A stretch of 64,000 nucleotides of DNA from Auanema rhodensis. Taxonomy: Eukaryota > Animalia > Nematoda. The notes below the pieces were generated by a model. The model saw only the letters and a program-made list of their open reading frames with translations. It was not told the origin of the DNA and ran no database searches. Below are positions 26,202 to 36,125 of the stretch, piece after piece (within the stretch, counting starts at the first letter, position 1; each line of letters begins with the position of its first letter). The DNA lies in NCBI GenBank assembly GCA_964057225.1, contig OZ059899.1, positions 11,408,001 to 11,472,000 of the forward strand, given 5' to 3'. Position numbers and translations under genes: made by a program.

Positions 26202-26799
26202 TACGAAAGTACGAAATAACAAAGCGCTGATTATGGGAAACGTGAATGAATGCAGATATTCTCAATTCCGATTCATTAACTAGATCGTGGTCAGCATTTT
26301 ACAACATTGATAAAATAGAAACTGAGAAAAAAACATCAACAAATGACACTATTAACTTGGTTTTTTGAACAGCTTTTTTATATTTCTTTTTCACTATGAG
26401 AGAACTTATATTTATTGCTTTTTCAAAATTTTCCATTTTTAACATTATACATCTTGACTATCACACATTGAGAACAACAGTTGGCAATGTTGGTTGTACC
26501 GTCATATTTCATGCAGTTAGATTTTCAGACACATTAATACCTTTGACCATTCTTCTTATGAGTTTTGTAACGATAGATCGTAATAGGAAATAGGAAATGA
26601 ATTGCTATAATATGAAAAAATACAAGACATAGTCAACATTGATTTCCCCAAATAGTATCATGTTTGCTTGTTATTCAATTAGAACACTTATTTTTTGATT
26701 GTTTTCTTGAAATATTCTTTTTTTTCTTTAACAAAGTTATGACTGAGATCAAAATTTGAACTTACTTTTGAACAATTAAACAGAAATTTAAAAAATATT

Positions 26800-26873
26800 T
26801 GCCGCCAGCAGGGGTCGAACCTGCGACCTTGGGCTTATTAGACCCACGCTCTAACCGACTGAGCTATGGCGGC
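26800..26873 (-). tRNA. tRNA-Ile(AAT)
   Basis: Array consensus cloverleaf. Confidence 0.97.
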
Positions 26874-27036
26874 CACGAAAGTACGAAATAACAAAGCGCT
26901 GATTATAGGAAACGTGAATGAATGCAGATATTCTCAATTCCGATTCATTAACTAGATCGTGGTCAGCATTTTACAACATTGATAAAATAGAAACTGAGAA
27001 AAAAACATCAACAAATGACACTATTAACTTGGTTTT

Positions 27037-27895
27037 TGTTTTGACTGGAATCCTTTGAAGTAGGAGAGCGTAAAACAGGCATGGGTGGTTCAGTGGATTT
27101 GAAGTGTAGAGAACGAGAACGCTAGGTTACTTGGACAACGATTTATTAAGAGAGAACTGGTAAAGACAACAGTGACAAAAATAGGAATATAGATGAATAC
27201 GATACGAAGCAAGAATACAAAGTAAATATGGAGCAGCAGCAACAGCAGAACGACGCTCGGAGCGGTCGTTGGATCAAGAGGTCAAGAATGGGAAAAGCTG
27301 CGAGCTTATATACGAATTCTACCGGGCGATATACAATACATATTAATGATGGCATGAAGAAATAGAGAAATAATTTACAACAAGAATACGAAATAATATA
27401 TAATAAATGAAATATAAAATAATCTAGGAATAATAGATACGTGGGCTGAATATTAGAATAGAATAGAATATAGAGAGAATACAGCATTTTGCCACAGATT
27501 GAATGTGCCTTCTGCTGTAAGTTGTGGGGGCAGGCTAAGTGTAGATGAGTCATGTCTTATCCTGTGCGGCATCTCCCAGATTTTGCAGGATGCGCGAGTG
27601 GGCGAATGAGTCATGAGCCATTTAGACCTCGATTGCAACTTACAAGATTATTGATTAAGCTAAACGAATTCTTAAGATTAAAATAGACTATAGGCAATAA
27701 GAGAACAAGATTAACATAAAAGGTTAAGATGGATAGATGTGTTTAAGAGACAATAATGAAGGAACATCTGGTGAGTAATCGGATAAACTTGCATGTGTGT
27801 GTGCGGCACGTATGAGTCATAGGTGAATAAAATAGTGGGAATAAAGTGCATCGTTGTCCAAAAAGAGTATGGGAAAGATGGAGTGCGTTCGCACA
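27037..27895 (-). repeat. 3' LTR (family 2)
   Basis: TG...CA ends; minus-strand TATATAA at 27306-27312 and AATAAA at 27142-27147; preceded by PPT-like GGCGGCGGGAG at 27896-27906. Confidence 0.95.
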
Positions 27896-27928
27896 CTCCC
27901 GCCGCCGAATATGCTATAATAGCATTGT

Positions 27929-28321
27929 TCAGAAAAGGTCGACGTAGGAAGGCAGAGATTCCTTGCTCGTCGATGGCTTGTTTGGTGGTGTGGCTTCTGT
28001 CTTCTTCAGCTTTGGCTTTGAGGGAGTTTGAGTCCCTTGTGTGCAGATATCAGGTAAAGACCTCTTCTGGAAGAGGTTTTTGATGCAGCGAAGTTCCTCA
28101 ATGATGAGGTTCAATGGTGCTGTGAGTTGTTGGATGTCCTTGCGGAGATCCTTCATCTCATTTACCAGAAGCTTGAGTTCTGGTTGCGCTTCCACTACAA
28201 TGATGTTGGATTTGCGTGGAGGCGATGTTTCACAGCTTCTCTTTCTTTCGGTGAGTCGTTTCGGTGAGTCGTTTCTCGTTGCCAAATAGTTGTAGATCAG
28301 TAAGCTCCTTTTCGAATACAT
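27929..28321 (-). CDS. Frameshift-separated C-terminal part of the polyprotein (coiled-coil, basic, TQT motif)
   Basis: Joins the polyprotein frame if the 13-bp duplication at 28250-28275 is removed. Confidence 0.6.
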   Translation of the reverse strand: MYSKRSLLIYNYLATRNDSPKRLTERKRSCETSPPRKSNIIVVEAQPELKLLVNEMKDLRKDIQQLTAPLNLIIEELRCIKNLFQKRSLPDICTQGTQTPSKPKLKKTEATPPNKPSTSKESLPSYVDLF

Positions 28322-31300
28322 TATAGGTCCTGGCTGTGTTGATAAAGTCCTTTATTTTGATGAAATAACAGAGAATATCAGTAGCGGCCAGTTGGATGTC
28401 TCTAGCAGGAGTATTCGTAATCGCTTCAAGTTGGAATAAAGTTTTCAGAGATAGATCCATGGATTGCAATAGGCCCTTGTAGTAATCATTTCTTTTGTCT
28501 AAGGACAGACGTAAGTATGATTGTTTTCTCTCGGCTGAGGAAGCAAGAGTATCGCGAATAGTGTTGGCGTGAGTTGACATGATTAGGAATAAGAGTATGA
28601 TAGCGACGTGGGTCTTCCGTTGAGTGATAAGGAAGAGGAGGCGCCTGAGGAAACGAAGCGTAATGATGGGCAGGCGGAGCGTGGTTTTAATAATTCTGAT
28701 AGCAAAGAAAAGTGTGTTGCTCGCGATGGCGATGGAGTATGTCGTCATGATGTAATACGAAATGGCCAATGCGGATAATATCAGTATGAGACAAAATAGA
28801 AGTTCTCTGTACCAGTTAAGGTAAATGTCGTAGAAATGAGTGATATCAGGCCATGGGAAAGATATAACTGACTCATGAATGGAGGAGTGATTGCCATCGA
28901 CGTAGTGTTTGTTGAGATCTTCCATATTATTCACGTAATATAATATTCCGGTGAGCAAAAATGACTTCGTTTGTTTTCCGCAAGTGTATGAACACTGTGT
29001 TCGAGGTGAAGCTGTTGTCATTGGAAGTCGAATAGTGTTCATTGTTCCTTCAGGGCTGCAGTGTAGCATGAATGCTGTACCTTCGCAAGTTGTTGCCGCG
29101 AGAGTATTTGTTGATGAGGAACATATAATTTTAGCCTGTGCTCCGTTTTGACAGTTGTAACAGCCTGTTAACATGGAGTCTGTTATGTCGCAAAATTCCG
29201 AGCTGTAATTGAATGAGTTTTGGAATTTGCCATCAATTGTGATGTGTAGTTCGGCCATAATGTTACGGTTGACAGTTATGTGAACTTTGCGATTTGAAGA
29301 TTCGATGGAGTAGGCAGGTGTGATGAGTGGTAAGGCACTTTTCACATTTTCAAATGATGTATTCAAAGAGTAGTCTTTGCATCGACAATTCACGGTATCT
29401 TCGGCTGGTGAACAATCGCAATGTGGAGTAGCTTGGCATTCCATTTTTATTGCTTTCTCTCTAGATGAGCAAGATAGAGTTGCTGGTTGGTTCCAGACTG
29501 CTGTTTTCGTCAGATTTCGAATGAATTTGTATTGCATTGCTGGTATGACGGGTGAAGTAATGCTGGTAAGTGCTATCTTGAATGGAGACAAAGAAGTTAT
29601 CAAATCGCCGTGTAAGGTGATGTTTCTGGTGATTATATTTGTTCCATTTTGATAGGTAAGTAGCATCTGAGTAGATTGTGACCATTCTGTGCAAGTGAAG
29701 ACTTCGTAAATGGATTTGTCCGTGGGTTTCATATACGTTCTGTAGAAGAGGCAACCGGATGATGGATAGAAGCATCCGCAGCCAATGCCTCCACAAGATT
29801 CTGTGCAGAATGTTTGTCCTGGGTATTGGTTGGCCATAGTTAGTTCATTGATCTTGGTGTCTTCTCTGATCATGGCGCATTTTGTTTCTTGGCAGGATCC
29901 AGTTCGTGGGCAACGTTTGCTGTCTTGGACTTGAGTGATGCTTTCTCTAGTGAAGTATAGTGAATTTACTTCGCAAGAATAAGTGCTTTTGATCCACTGG
30001 ATGCGTAGGAAAGTGATTTTGTCCTCGTTGTTGGTAAATGAGAGACATGCTTCCTGAGTGTATGGGCTGATGGTAAGTCGTTCTGATGTTCGGATTCGAC
30101 ATTCGTTTTGAGTGCATGACGATTCTTTTGTTGAAATCATGTTCAATTCTTGACATGCAGAGGTGTTTCCTATTTCTAACAGTATTATTGCAAGAAGAGG
30201 AATGACGGATTGCCTTCTTTTTGAGAAGAGTTTTTTCAATTTTCGTCCAATTGTCAGTGTGAGTGAGAAGATTATATAGCACCACAGACGAATTGGTTTG
30301 CCGATAACCCATGGTGTGTATAGTAGTCCGTAGCATAAGGCTGTGATCATATATACTATGAGTGTCAGTAGCAAGATTGAAGTCCAAGGCCAGCACGATG
30401 GATTGAGCAGGGTTGCTGTACAAAATGTGCAGGTAACTGTAGAGCAGAAGTGGACTCCTGGGCATGTTAAGAACATGTGTTGAAGTCTGGAGTTGTGAAA
30501 AAATGTCCAACTGACTTGGTAGTCTGTCAATATTTCTGCTGTGGGAAGAGTGACGTCTCCGTTGTTACTACTGTTGAAGCATGTGTTTTGGATGCACACT
30601 TGTTGGTTTGCCGTACTGATTCCTTGGATATGAACTCCGTGGGAGTTGCATGAAATTGTTGGGTTTGCTGAGGCCATTGGTCCGAAAATCGCAAGTATTG
30701 TGAAGAAAGTGAGGAGTGTATTGGTTGTATCTCCGTACCATACTCGTGGTAAGTTACGTAAGTTGGTTCTTCTTTCTTCATGAACTTGTTCTTCTGGTGT
30801 TGCGTTGCCCTTGAGTTTTTCTGGGATCTCGTTGTCTGAGATTTCCAATGGGTGCAGTAAGTTGACTGGTCTTTTTATTTCTCGACCTGTTTCCGAAATC
30901 AGCGTTGCTTCTCTGATGTTTCCTGATCTGTCGGGGTGAACTTGAATTATTTTTCCTGTACTCCATTTGTGACGGGGAATAGGAAGCTCGTTGATTAGGA
31001 CGATTTGACCAATGGATGGAGTTAACTTTGTTCCCGCTTTCTTAACTGAAATGTTGTGATGGTGTGTAGCGCGGATCTCTTTCAGGTATAGGTCTGTCCA
31101 GAGTTCCCAGAACTTGTTTGTGCGTTTCCTTGATGAGTGAATGGCTCGTTCTGTATCAGCTTGAGTTTGTAGCGCTGGGCTGTCAATGTAATCCTCATCC
31201 ATTTCTTCTTCTGATTCGACAGAGATGTTCAAGTCGATGTCTTTATAGATGAAATCGCATGGTCGTATGATCTCATCTTTGTTCGTATCTGTACCGATGT

Positions 31301-34300
31301 ATGTGAGTGGACGTGTGTTTATTGTAGCTTCACACTCTGCAAGGGTTATTGTGAGCTCTTCAGTAGTTGGAGTACTGTGGAGTGTTTTGTAAAGAGCTTC
31401 CTTCACGGACCTAATAAGTCTTTCGTAAAAACCGCCTTGCCATGGGGCATAGGGGGTGATGTTGTGCCAGCGAATTTTGTATTGATTTCCGCTGTCTGTT
31501 GTAGTGAAGAGTTTGTTTGCAACCTTTTGACCAAGCTCAAAGGTGCTTGCGTTGTCGCAGGTTATGCTCGATGGGCATCCACGTCGTGCCCAGATTTTCC
31601 GTAAACAGTTGAGAAATGCGGTAGTTGTGAGGTTGTGAATCACCTCAAGATGGATGAGTCTTGTCACCGTGCAGGTGTAGATGCAGCTCCAGACTTTCGT
31701 ATTTCCGTCTTTGACTGTGATGGGTCCGAAGTAGTCGAGACCTACGTGTTTGAAGGGTTGGCTTCGTTGGAGTCGTCTGGATGGTACGTTTCCTGATGGA
31801 GGGTACGTAAATGGCCGGTTGTTAAGCCTTTGACAATTTGCGCACTTTCTTATGACTGCTTGTGTCTGGGAACGTAGTTGAGGAATCCAGTATTTTTGTC
31901 GTACTTCCGCCATGGTATGAGCAGTACTTTTGTGAAATTTTTCATGAAAGTGCTCTATGAGGAGTCGTGCGGTTGGTGTTTTGGGAAGGATGATGATAGG
32001 AAGCTTAGCTGATTGCTCTAGCTCAGCGTTTTCCATTCGTCCTCTACTGTGCCAGAGGTGATCTCTGAGGAGTGGACGGAGATCGTTTCTTTGGGCTGCT
32101 GTCAGACGAACCATCAAGTTTCTTTGATGAAGGTGTAGTAGATTTAGTTCTGCTTCTTCATAATGTTGAGGTGTACGAGCTTCAGTGAGTGGATAATGAG
32201 TTGCTATCCATTTTTCTTGTGCCTGTGTCCATGAGGAACAGTCTGATATCCATGGTTCTTCGTTTGGGTCGTCATCCGTAGTTGTCATGTGAACATTCAC
32301 TTCATTCTGTGGAAGAGTGAATAATGGACCATTGATTGCTCGTTCGAGTTGAGCTTGTGGATTCCACCAGTAATGGTCGCTTAGCTCTGCTGTGGTACAA
32401 CCTCTTGTGGCGATGTCAGCTGGATTATCCTTCGTGTTGATATAACCAAAGAAGGTCTTTATTTCCATATCTTCCAGTTGTTCTGCGCATTCGTTGATTT
32501 CTTTGATGCGGTTTTGTACCAAGACCCCAGTTGTTTTCTGGTCTGGTTTCTGTCGGATCCAAGCAAGTGCTATCTCAGAGTCGGATAGAAAGGTAGCAGT
32601 TTCTATCTTGATGTTGCCTCTGATTTCTTTGGCGATTTTCAGAGTGTTTGATACTCCTATTGTAAGAGCAGAGATTTCTGCTTTTGGGATTGTGATGGAT
32701 GAACTCTTGGAGTGCAACTTTGATTTTGCAAACATGAGCCTGGGTTTGCGAGTTGATGCTGATAAGATGTAGACGCAAAATCCTAACGCTGATCCGCTGG
32801 AATCTGTGCAAGTGACCAGATGATATGAGTTTGTTGGGTCTGATGGTAGTGAGCGAGGAATCGCTTTTACCATGTGAAAATTGTCTGACAATTCTTTCCA
32901 TTTTTGTTGTAGCTCATGGGGAAGTGTTGTGTCCCAGTCGAAGTTTTCTGTCCACAGTGATTGTAAAAACAGACGGAGTGGATGAAGGCTGGGGCAGATC
33001 ATTCCCATAGGATCGAAGATTGAGGCTATAGCTTGAGTTATGCCTCTTTTGGTTGGTTTTGTTTCTGTTATCTTCGTCTCGATAATCCATTGATCAGTCT
33101 TGGTGTCCCAAGGTAGTCCCAATACTTTGGGTGTTGTTGAACTATTTTTCTCTTCCATACTGAGGTTGTTGTTGAAGGTAGCGTCGTTAGATATGAACTC
33201 TTGGAGTGTCATATTCATTTCTGCGAATATGTCTTTGATGTCTTGATACCAGAGACATATCTTTTCGCTCGAATCACATGCTAAGAGTAAGTTGTCGACG
33301 TAGAGGTTTTCCTTTATTTGATGGGCAAGAAAGTTTTCGTGACTTCTTTGCATCAGATGATAGCGTATAGTTGCGCTGAGTAGGAATGGAGAAGCGTTGA
33401 TGCCAAACGGAACTCGGCAAAAACGAAGTGTCCTTATGTTTTCTGGTGTGATTGGTTGATTGATGTCATTTAACCAGAAGAATCGTGTCGCGTCTCTTTC
33501 GGATTCGTGTAGTCGGATTTGAAGAAAGGCTTTTTTAACGTCAGCAATCATTGCTATTGGTCCGCATCTGAATCGTAGTATCATCCCTATGAGAGAAGGA
33601 AGGATTAATGGGCCTTGGTGAATGACGTCGTTCAAGCTTGGCTTGTTTTGGTAATGTCCGGAGGCATCGTAGACTATTCTAAGCTTAGTCGTTTCCTTTT
33701 GAGGCGTTATCACTGCCTGATGGGCGATGTAGTGAATCCTATGAGCGTTTGGGTATGGATCCGTAGCCTCCTCAATGATGCCGCTGTTTAACTGTTCTTC
33801 AATAATGTTGTTGTATTGTTGAAGTAGTTGTGGTTGATTTGATAGTTTAAGGGCTAAACTTGTCAATCTTTTGAGAGCAAGTGCTCTGTTGTCCGGAAGT
33901 AAGTGTGCGTTTTCTTTCCATGGGAACGAAACATAATAGCCATCTTCTTTCTTTTGGATGGAAGCGTTGAATTGATCTAGGATCAATTTGTCTCTTGCTT
34001 CTCTCTCCTCTTGTTCTGTGCCGGTAAATTCCATGTGTTCTTCAATAAAACTTTTGTTCCATTTTTGAATTGGTATTGAAGATTCTCCTGTGATGACGGA
34101 GTAGGCACTAATTGACTTTTTGTCAGTTGTTTGACCGGTGATGAAATCTCCAAATTGTGTGTGGATGATTATGTTGTCTGGATTTAATTGCTCTACGGAA
34201 GTCAGTGCTTGCCACATAAGGTCCGATCCTATGAGGATTCTAGGAGTAATCTTGAAAGTTTGTCCTAGGCTTGGCTTGGCCTTTGTAGCTTTTTGGAAGC

Positions 34301-36125
34301 TGACTGTGTTGATAGGTCCTGTGAGAATCTTCTTTGTCCATAAGTTGGCAATGATTTCGGACTTGGTTCCGATGATCTTTGCTTCCACTTTATTGAGTTT
34401 CTCAATAGAGGTTGTGTTTCCGAAGGTTTTTATCTTTACTCGCTTCGTTTGGATTACGGTAAGCTGAAGCTCTTTAGCGAGGTCTTCTTCGATGAAGGAT
34501 GTGTCTGATCCGCTATCAAGTATAGCGGGCACAGCAATGGTCTTATCCCCTTTGAAGATGTTGATCGTCCCTACCGGGAGTAGAGCGTTGTAAAACTGTT
34601 GGTCCTGTTGTTGAGTAGCGAACTGAATGATGTGTTCTTCCTCGTTGTAATCATCTTCCATGGGAGTGCTGCTTAACATATTCACTTTGGAAGTCTTCTT
34701 TCTTCCGTAGCAGAGGACTTCCAAGTGTTTTTCGCCACACTTGGAGCATGTGCGTTTGCTGGGGCAGTTCTCTGTGTTGTGAGACTTGCGTAGACAGTTG
34801 TGGCAGCGTTTTTCTTGAGTCAGAATGGTCTGACGTTCTTTCTTCGTCTTCGGAGTGTCGCAGTCCCAGGGAGCGTGGGGTTTCTGACAGAAGATGCAGC
34901 TTGTTGTTTTTGCTGCTGTTTTTCTCATCTCAGGTCGTGGGCGCTGAGGTGTCGACACGTTGTTGGGCCTTGGGCCTGTGAAGCTGTTTGGACGTTGGAT
35001 GGGTTTCTCAAATCGATCAGCAGCAAAGATTTTTACCTTGTTTTGTTGGCGAAGGTATCTTTGAAGTGTCGATACTAGTGTTCCAATGCTGGGCCTTGTG
35101 TCGAGCGTTTTGTAGAGCTCTTGAGTAATGCTGCCTGGTAGCTTGCTGTGTAGAAGTACAATAGCAAGAGCGTTTAGCGCTTCGTGTGGATTGGTTTCTG
35201 TTTGGCGAAAGATACCGGATATCTTGTCGGCCATGAACAGAAGGTCTCTGTTGCTCGTGGAGCGTGGTTGGATTTGTACGAAATCCAACATTAGGTGTTG
35301 GAGGATGTTGTCGTTGTCATCGTACAAATCATGGAGGAAGCAGACGGCAGCGTCATAGGAGTCTTCGTTCGTTGGGAACGAAGAGAGCTGAGCGGCTGCT
35401 TCACCGACAAGAGATTGGCGTAGGTAGTTAAATTTCTCGATTGTCGGTATGTTAGCCGAGTGGATGAGTCGGTTGAACAAACTCCAGAAGTTGCGCCAGT
35501 TCTTCACATTTCCGTCAAACTTAGGGATGTCTACAGGTTTGACCGTGGGTCTCAGTCTGTAGGACTCCCTGTACGCTATTGGTAGCGGTTCGTTTCCCAA
35601 CTGAGCTTGAGTCGGTTGGGTGAGGTCTGGCCTCTGAACTTCAGTTGTGAGCGGAATGTTGGCAATGGGCTGGGCAGACGGCGCAGAAGAAGTTTGTTCT
35701 TCTTCCGGGTCTTGAGCTCGCATTGCAGAGACTTGGTCTCTTAGCGCGGAGGTATATCCACGTAGGGTGGATATGTGTCTCCGGAGAGTATCCTCGTTAG
35801 CGAGGATTCTCTCTTGATCTTCAGAGTTAAGATCTTCGGTAATATTGTTCAACTCCTCAATGAGGGAGTTGATCATGTTGATGTCAAGGTCAATAGCCAG
35901 CATCTCTTTTTCACGAAGTTCAATCATCCAGGTCATTTTGTTTGACTGGAGATTGATTTGACGAGTCATGAAAGATTTTCTTCGTCCGTCCTGTTTTTGA
36001 AGCTTAGTCAAAAACGAAGTACACCTAGCGATCCAAGCGTTGGCCCGAGAGGTATCGGAAGCCTCGGCCTCATGCACCATGTTTTGACTGGAATCCTTTG
36101 AAGTAGGAGAGCGTAAAACAGGCAT
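28230..36125 (-). CDS. Gag-Pro-RT-RNaseH-IN-Env polyprotein (BEL/Pao) with phlebovirus-like Gc
   Basis: IPKFDG...FWSLF gag; three Zn knuckles; LDSGS protease; YVDN RT; DSEIAL and NPADIATRG RNaseH; GLDYFGP/CDNAS/FYERL integrase; signal peptides, Cys-rich Gc (KRCPRTGSC, CTESCGGIGCGCFYPSSGCLFYR) and TM segments. Confidence 0.95.
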   Translation of the reverse strand: MPVLRSPTSKDSSQNMVHEAEASDTSRANAWIARCTSFLTKLQKQDGRRKSFMTRQINLQSNKMTWMIELREKEMLAIDLDINMINSLIEELNNITEDLNSEDQERILANEDTLRRHISTLRGYTSALRDQVSAMRAQDPEEEQTSSAPSAQPIANIPLTTEVQRPDLTQPTQAQLGNEPLPIAYRESYRLRPTVKPVDIPKFDGNVKNWRNFWSLFNRLIHSANIPTIEKFNYLRQSLVGEAAAQLSSFPTNEDSYDAAVCFLHDLYDDNDNILQHLMLDFVQIQPRSTSNRDLLFMADKISGIFRQTETNPHEALNALAIVLLHSKLPGSITQELYKTLDTRPSIGTLVSTLQRYLRQQNKVKIFAADRFEKPIQRPNSFTGPRPNNVSTPQRPRPEMRKTAAKTTSCIFCQKPHAPWDCDTPKTKKERQTILTQEKRCHNCLRKSHNTENCPSKRTCSKCGEKHLEVLCYGRKKTSKVNMLSSTPMEDDYNEEEHIIQFATQQQDQQFYNALLPVGTINIFKGDKTIAVPAILDSGSDTSFIEEDLAKELQLTVIQTKRVKIKTFGNTTSIEKLNKVEAKIIGTKSEIIANLWTKKILTGPINTVSFQKATKAKPSLGQTFKITPRILIGSDLMWQALTSVEQLNPDNIIIHTQFGDFITGQTTDKKSISAYSVITGESSIPIQKWNKSFIEEHMEFTGTEQEEREARDKLILDQFNASIQKKEDGYYVSFPWKENAHLLPDNRALALKRLTSLALKLSNQPQLLQQYNNIIEEQLNSGIIEEATDPYPNAHRIHYIAHQAVITPQKETTKLRIVYDASGHYQNKPSLNDVIHQGPLILPSLIGMILRFRCGPIAMIADVKKAFLQIRLHESERDATRFFWLNDINQPITPENIRTLRFCRVPFGINASPFLLSATIRYHLMQRSHENFLAHQIKENLYVDNLLLACDSSEKICLWYQDIKDIFAEMNMTLQEFISNDATFNNNLSMEEKNSSTTPKVLGLPWDTKTDQWIIETKITETKPTKRGITQAIASIFDPMGMICPSLHPLRLFLQSLWTENFDWDTTLPHELQQKWKELSDNFHMVKAIPRSLPSDPTNSYHLVTCTDSSGSALGFCVYILSASTRKPRLMFAKSKLHSKSSSITIPKAEISALTIGVSNTLKIAKEIRGNIKIETATFLSDSEIALAWIRQKPDQKTTGVLVQNRIKEINECAEQLEDMEIKTFFGYINTKDNPADIATRGCTTAELSDHYWWNPQAQLERAINGPLFTLPQNEVNVHMTTTDDDPNEEPWISDCSSWTQAQEKWIATHYPLTEARTPQHYEEAELNLLHLHQRNLMVRLTAAQRNDLRPLLRDHLWHSRGRMENAELEQSAKLPIIILPKTPTARLLIEHFHEKFHKSTAHTMAEVRQKYWIPQLRSQTQAVIRKCANCQRLNNRPFTYPPSGNVPSRRLQRSQPFKHVGLDYFGPITVKDGNTKVWSCIYTCTVTRLIHLEVIHNLTTTAFLNCLRKIWARRGCPSSITCDNASTFELGQKVANKLFTTTDSGNQYKIRWHNITPYAPWQGGFYERLIRSVKEALYKTLHSTPTTEELTITLAECEATINTRPLTYIGTDTNKDEIIRPCDFIYKDIDLNISVESEEEMDEDYIDSPALQTQADTERAIHSSRKRTNKFWELWTDLYLKEIRATHHHNISVKKAGTKLTPSIGQIVLINELPIPRHKWSTGKIIQVHPDRSGNIREATLISETGREIKRPVNLLHPLEISDNEIPEKLKGNATPEEQVHEERRTNLRNLPRVWYGDTTNTLLTFFTILAIFGPMASANPTISCNSHGVHIQGISTANQQVCIQNTCFNSSNNGDVTLPTAEILTDYQVSWTFFHNSRLQHMFLTCPGVHFCSTVTCTFCTATLLNPSCWPWTSILLLTLIVYMITALCYGLLYTPWVIGKPIRLWCYIIFSLTLTIGRKLKKLFSKRRQSVIPLLAIILLEIGNTSACQELNMISTKESSCTQNECRIRTSERLTISPYTQEACLSFTNNEDKITFLRIQWIKSTYSCEVNSLYFTRESITQVQDSKRCPRTGSCQETKCAMIREDTKINELTMANQYPGQTFCTESCGGIGCGCFYPSSGCLFYRTYMKPTDKSIYEVFTCTEWSQSTQMLLTYQNGTNIITRNITLHGDLITSLSPFKIALTSITSPVIPAMQYKFIRNLTKTAVWNQPATLSCSSREKAIKMECQATPHCDCSPAEDTVNCRCKDYSLNTSFENVKSALPLITPAYSIESSNRKVHITVNRNIMAELHITIDGKFQNSFNYSSEFCDITDSMLTGCYNCQNGAQAKIICSSSTNTLAATTCEGTAFMLHCSPEGTMNTIRLPMTTASPRTQCSYTCGKQTKSFLLTGILYYVNNMEDLNKHYVDGNHSSIHESVISFPWPDITHFYDIYLNWYRELLFCLILILSALAISYYIMTTYSIAIASNTLFFAIRIIKTTLRLPIITLRFLRRLLFLITQRKTHVAIILLFLIMSTHANTIRDTLASSAERKQSYLRLSLDKRNDYYKGLLQSMDLSLKTLFQLEAITNTPARDIQLAATDILCYFIKIKDFINTARTYNVFEKELTDLQLFGNEKRLTETTHRKKEKL
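36065..36079 (-). promoter_or_regulatory. Primer-binding site, tRNA-Gly type
   Basis: TGGTGCATGAGGCCG directly after the LTR CA end; complements a ...CGGCCCATGCACCA tRNA 3' end with one bulge. Confidence 0.8.

Larger units (their letters stand above)
10450..27036 (-). repeat. Main tandem tRNA-Ile(AAT) array: 25 units of 665/666/672/673 bp
   Basis: Near-identical head-to-tail units with one tRNA each; length variants come from a T-run and a 7-bp AGGAAAT duplication. Confidence 0.98.

Noticed and set aside
10450-27036. CRISPR-like or 5S/SL1 repeat interpretation of the array
   Set aside because: Spacers are identical rather than unique; no SL1 leader or 5S sequence seen; the conserved GC-rich part folds as a tRNA
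27079-27150. tRNA-Gly gene inside the LTR
   Set aside because: Only the first 18 nt match; no anticodon arm or B-box. Reported instead as a binding box
27249-27270. GC-rich hairpin just downstream of the LTR TATA box (TAR-like)
   Set aside because: Only ~9 bp with a bulge; cannot be separated from chance without comparative data
27146-27896. 135-aa and 61-aa ORFs inside the family-2 LTRs
   Set aside because: Low-complexity Y/F/L/C translation of AT-rich promoter DNA; no domain
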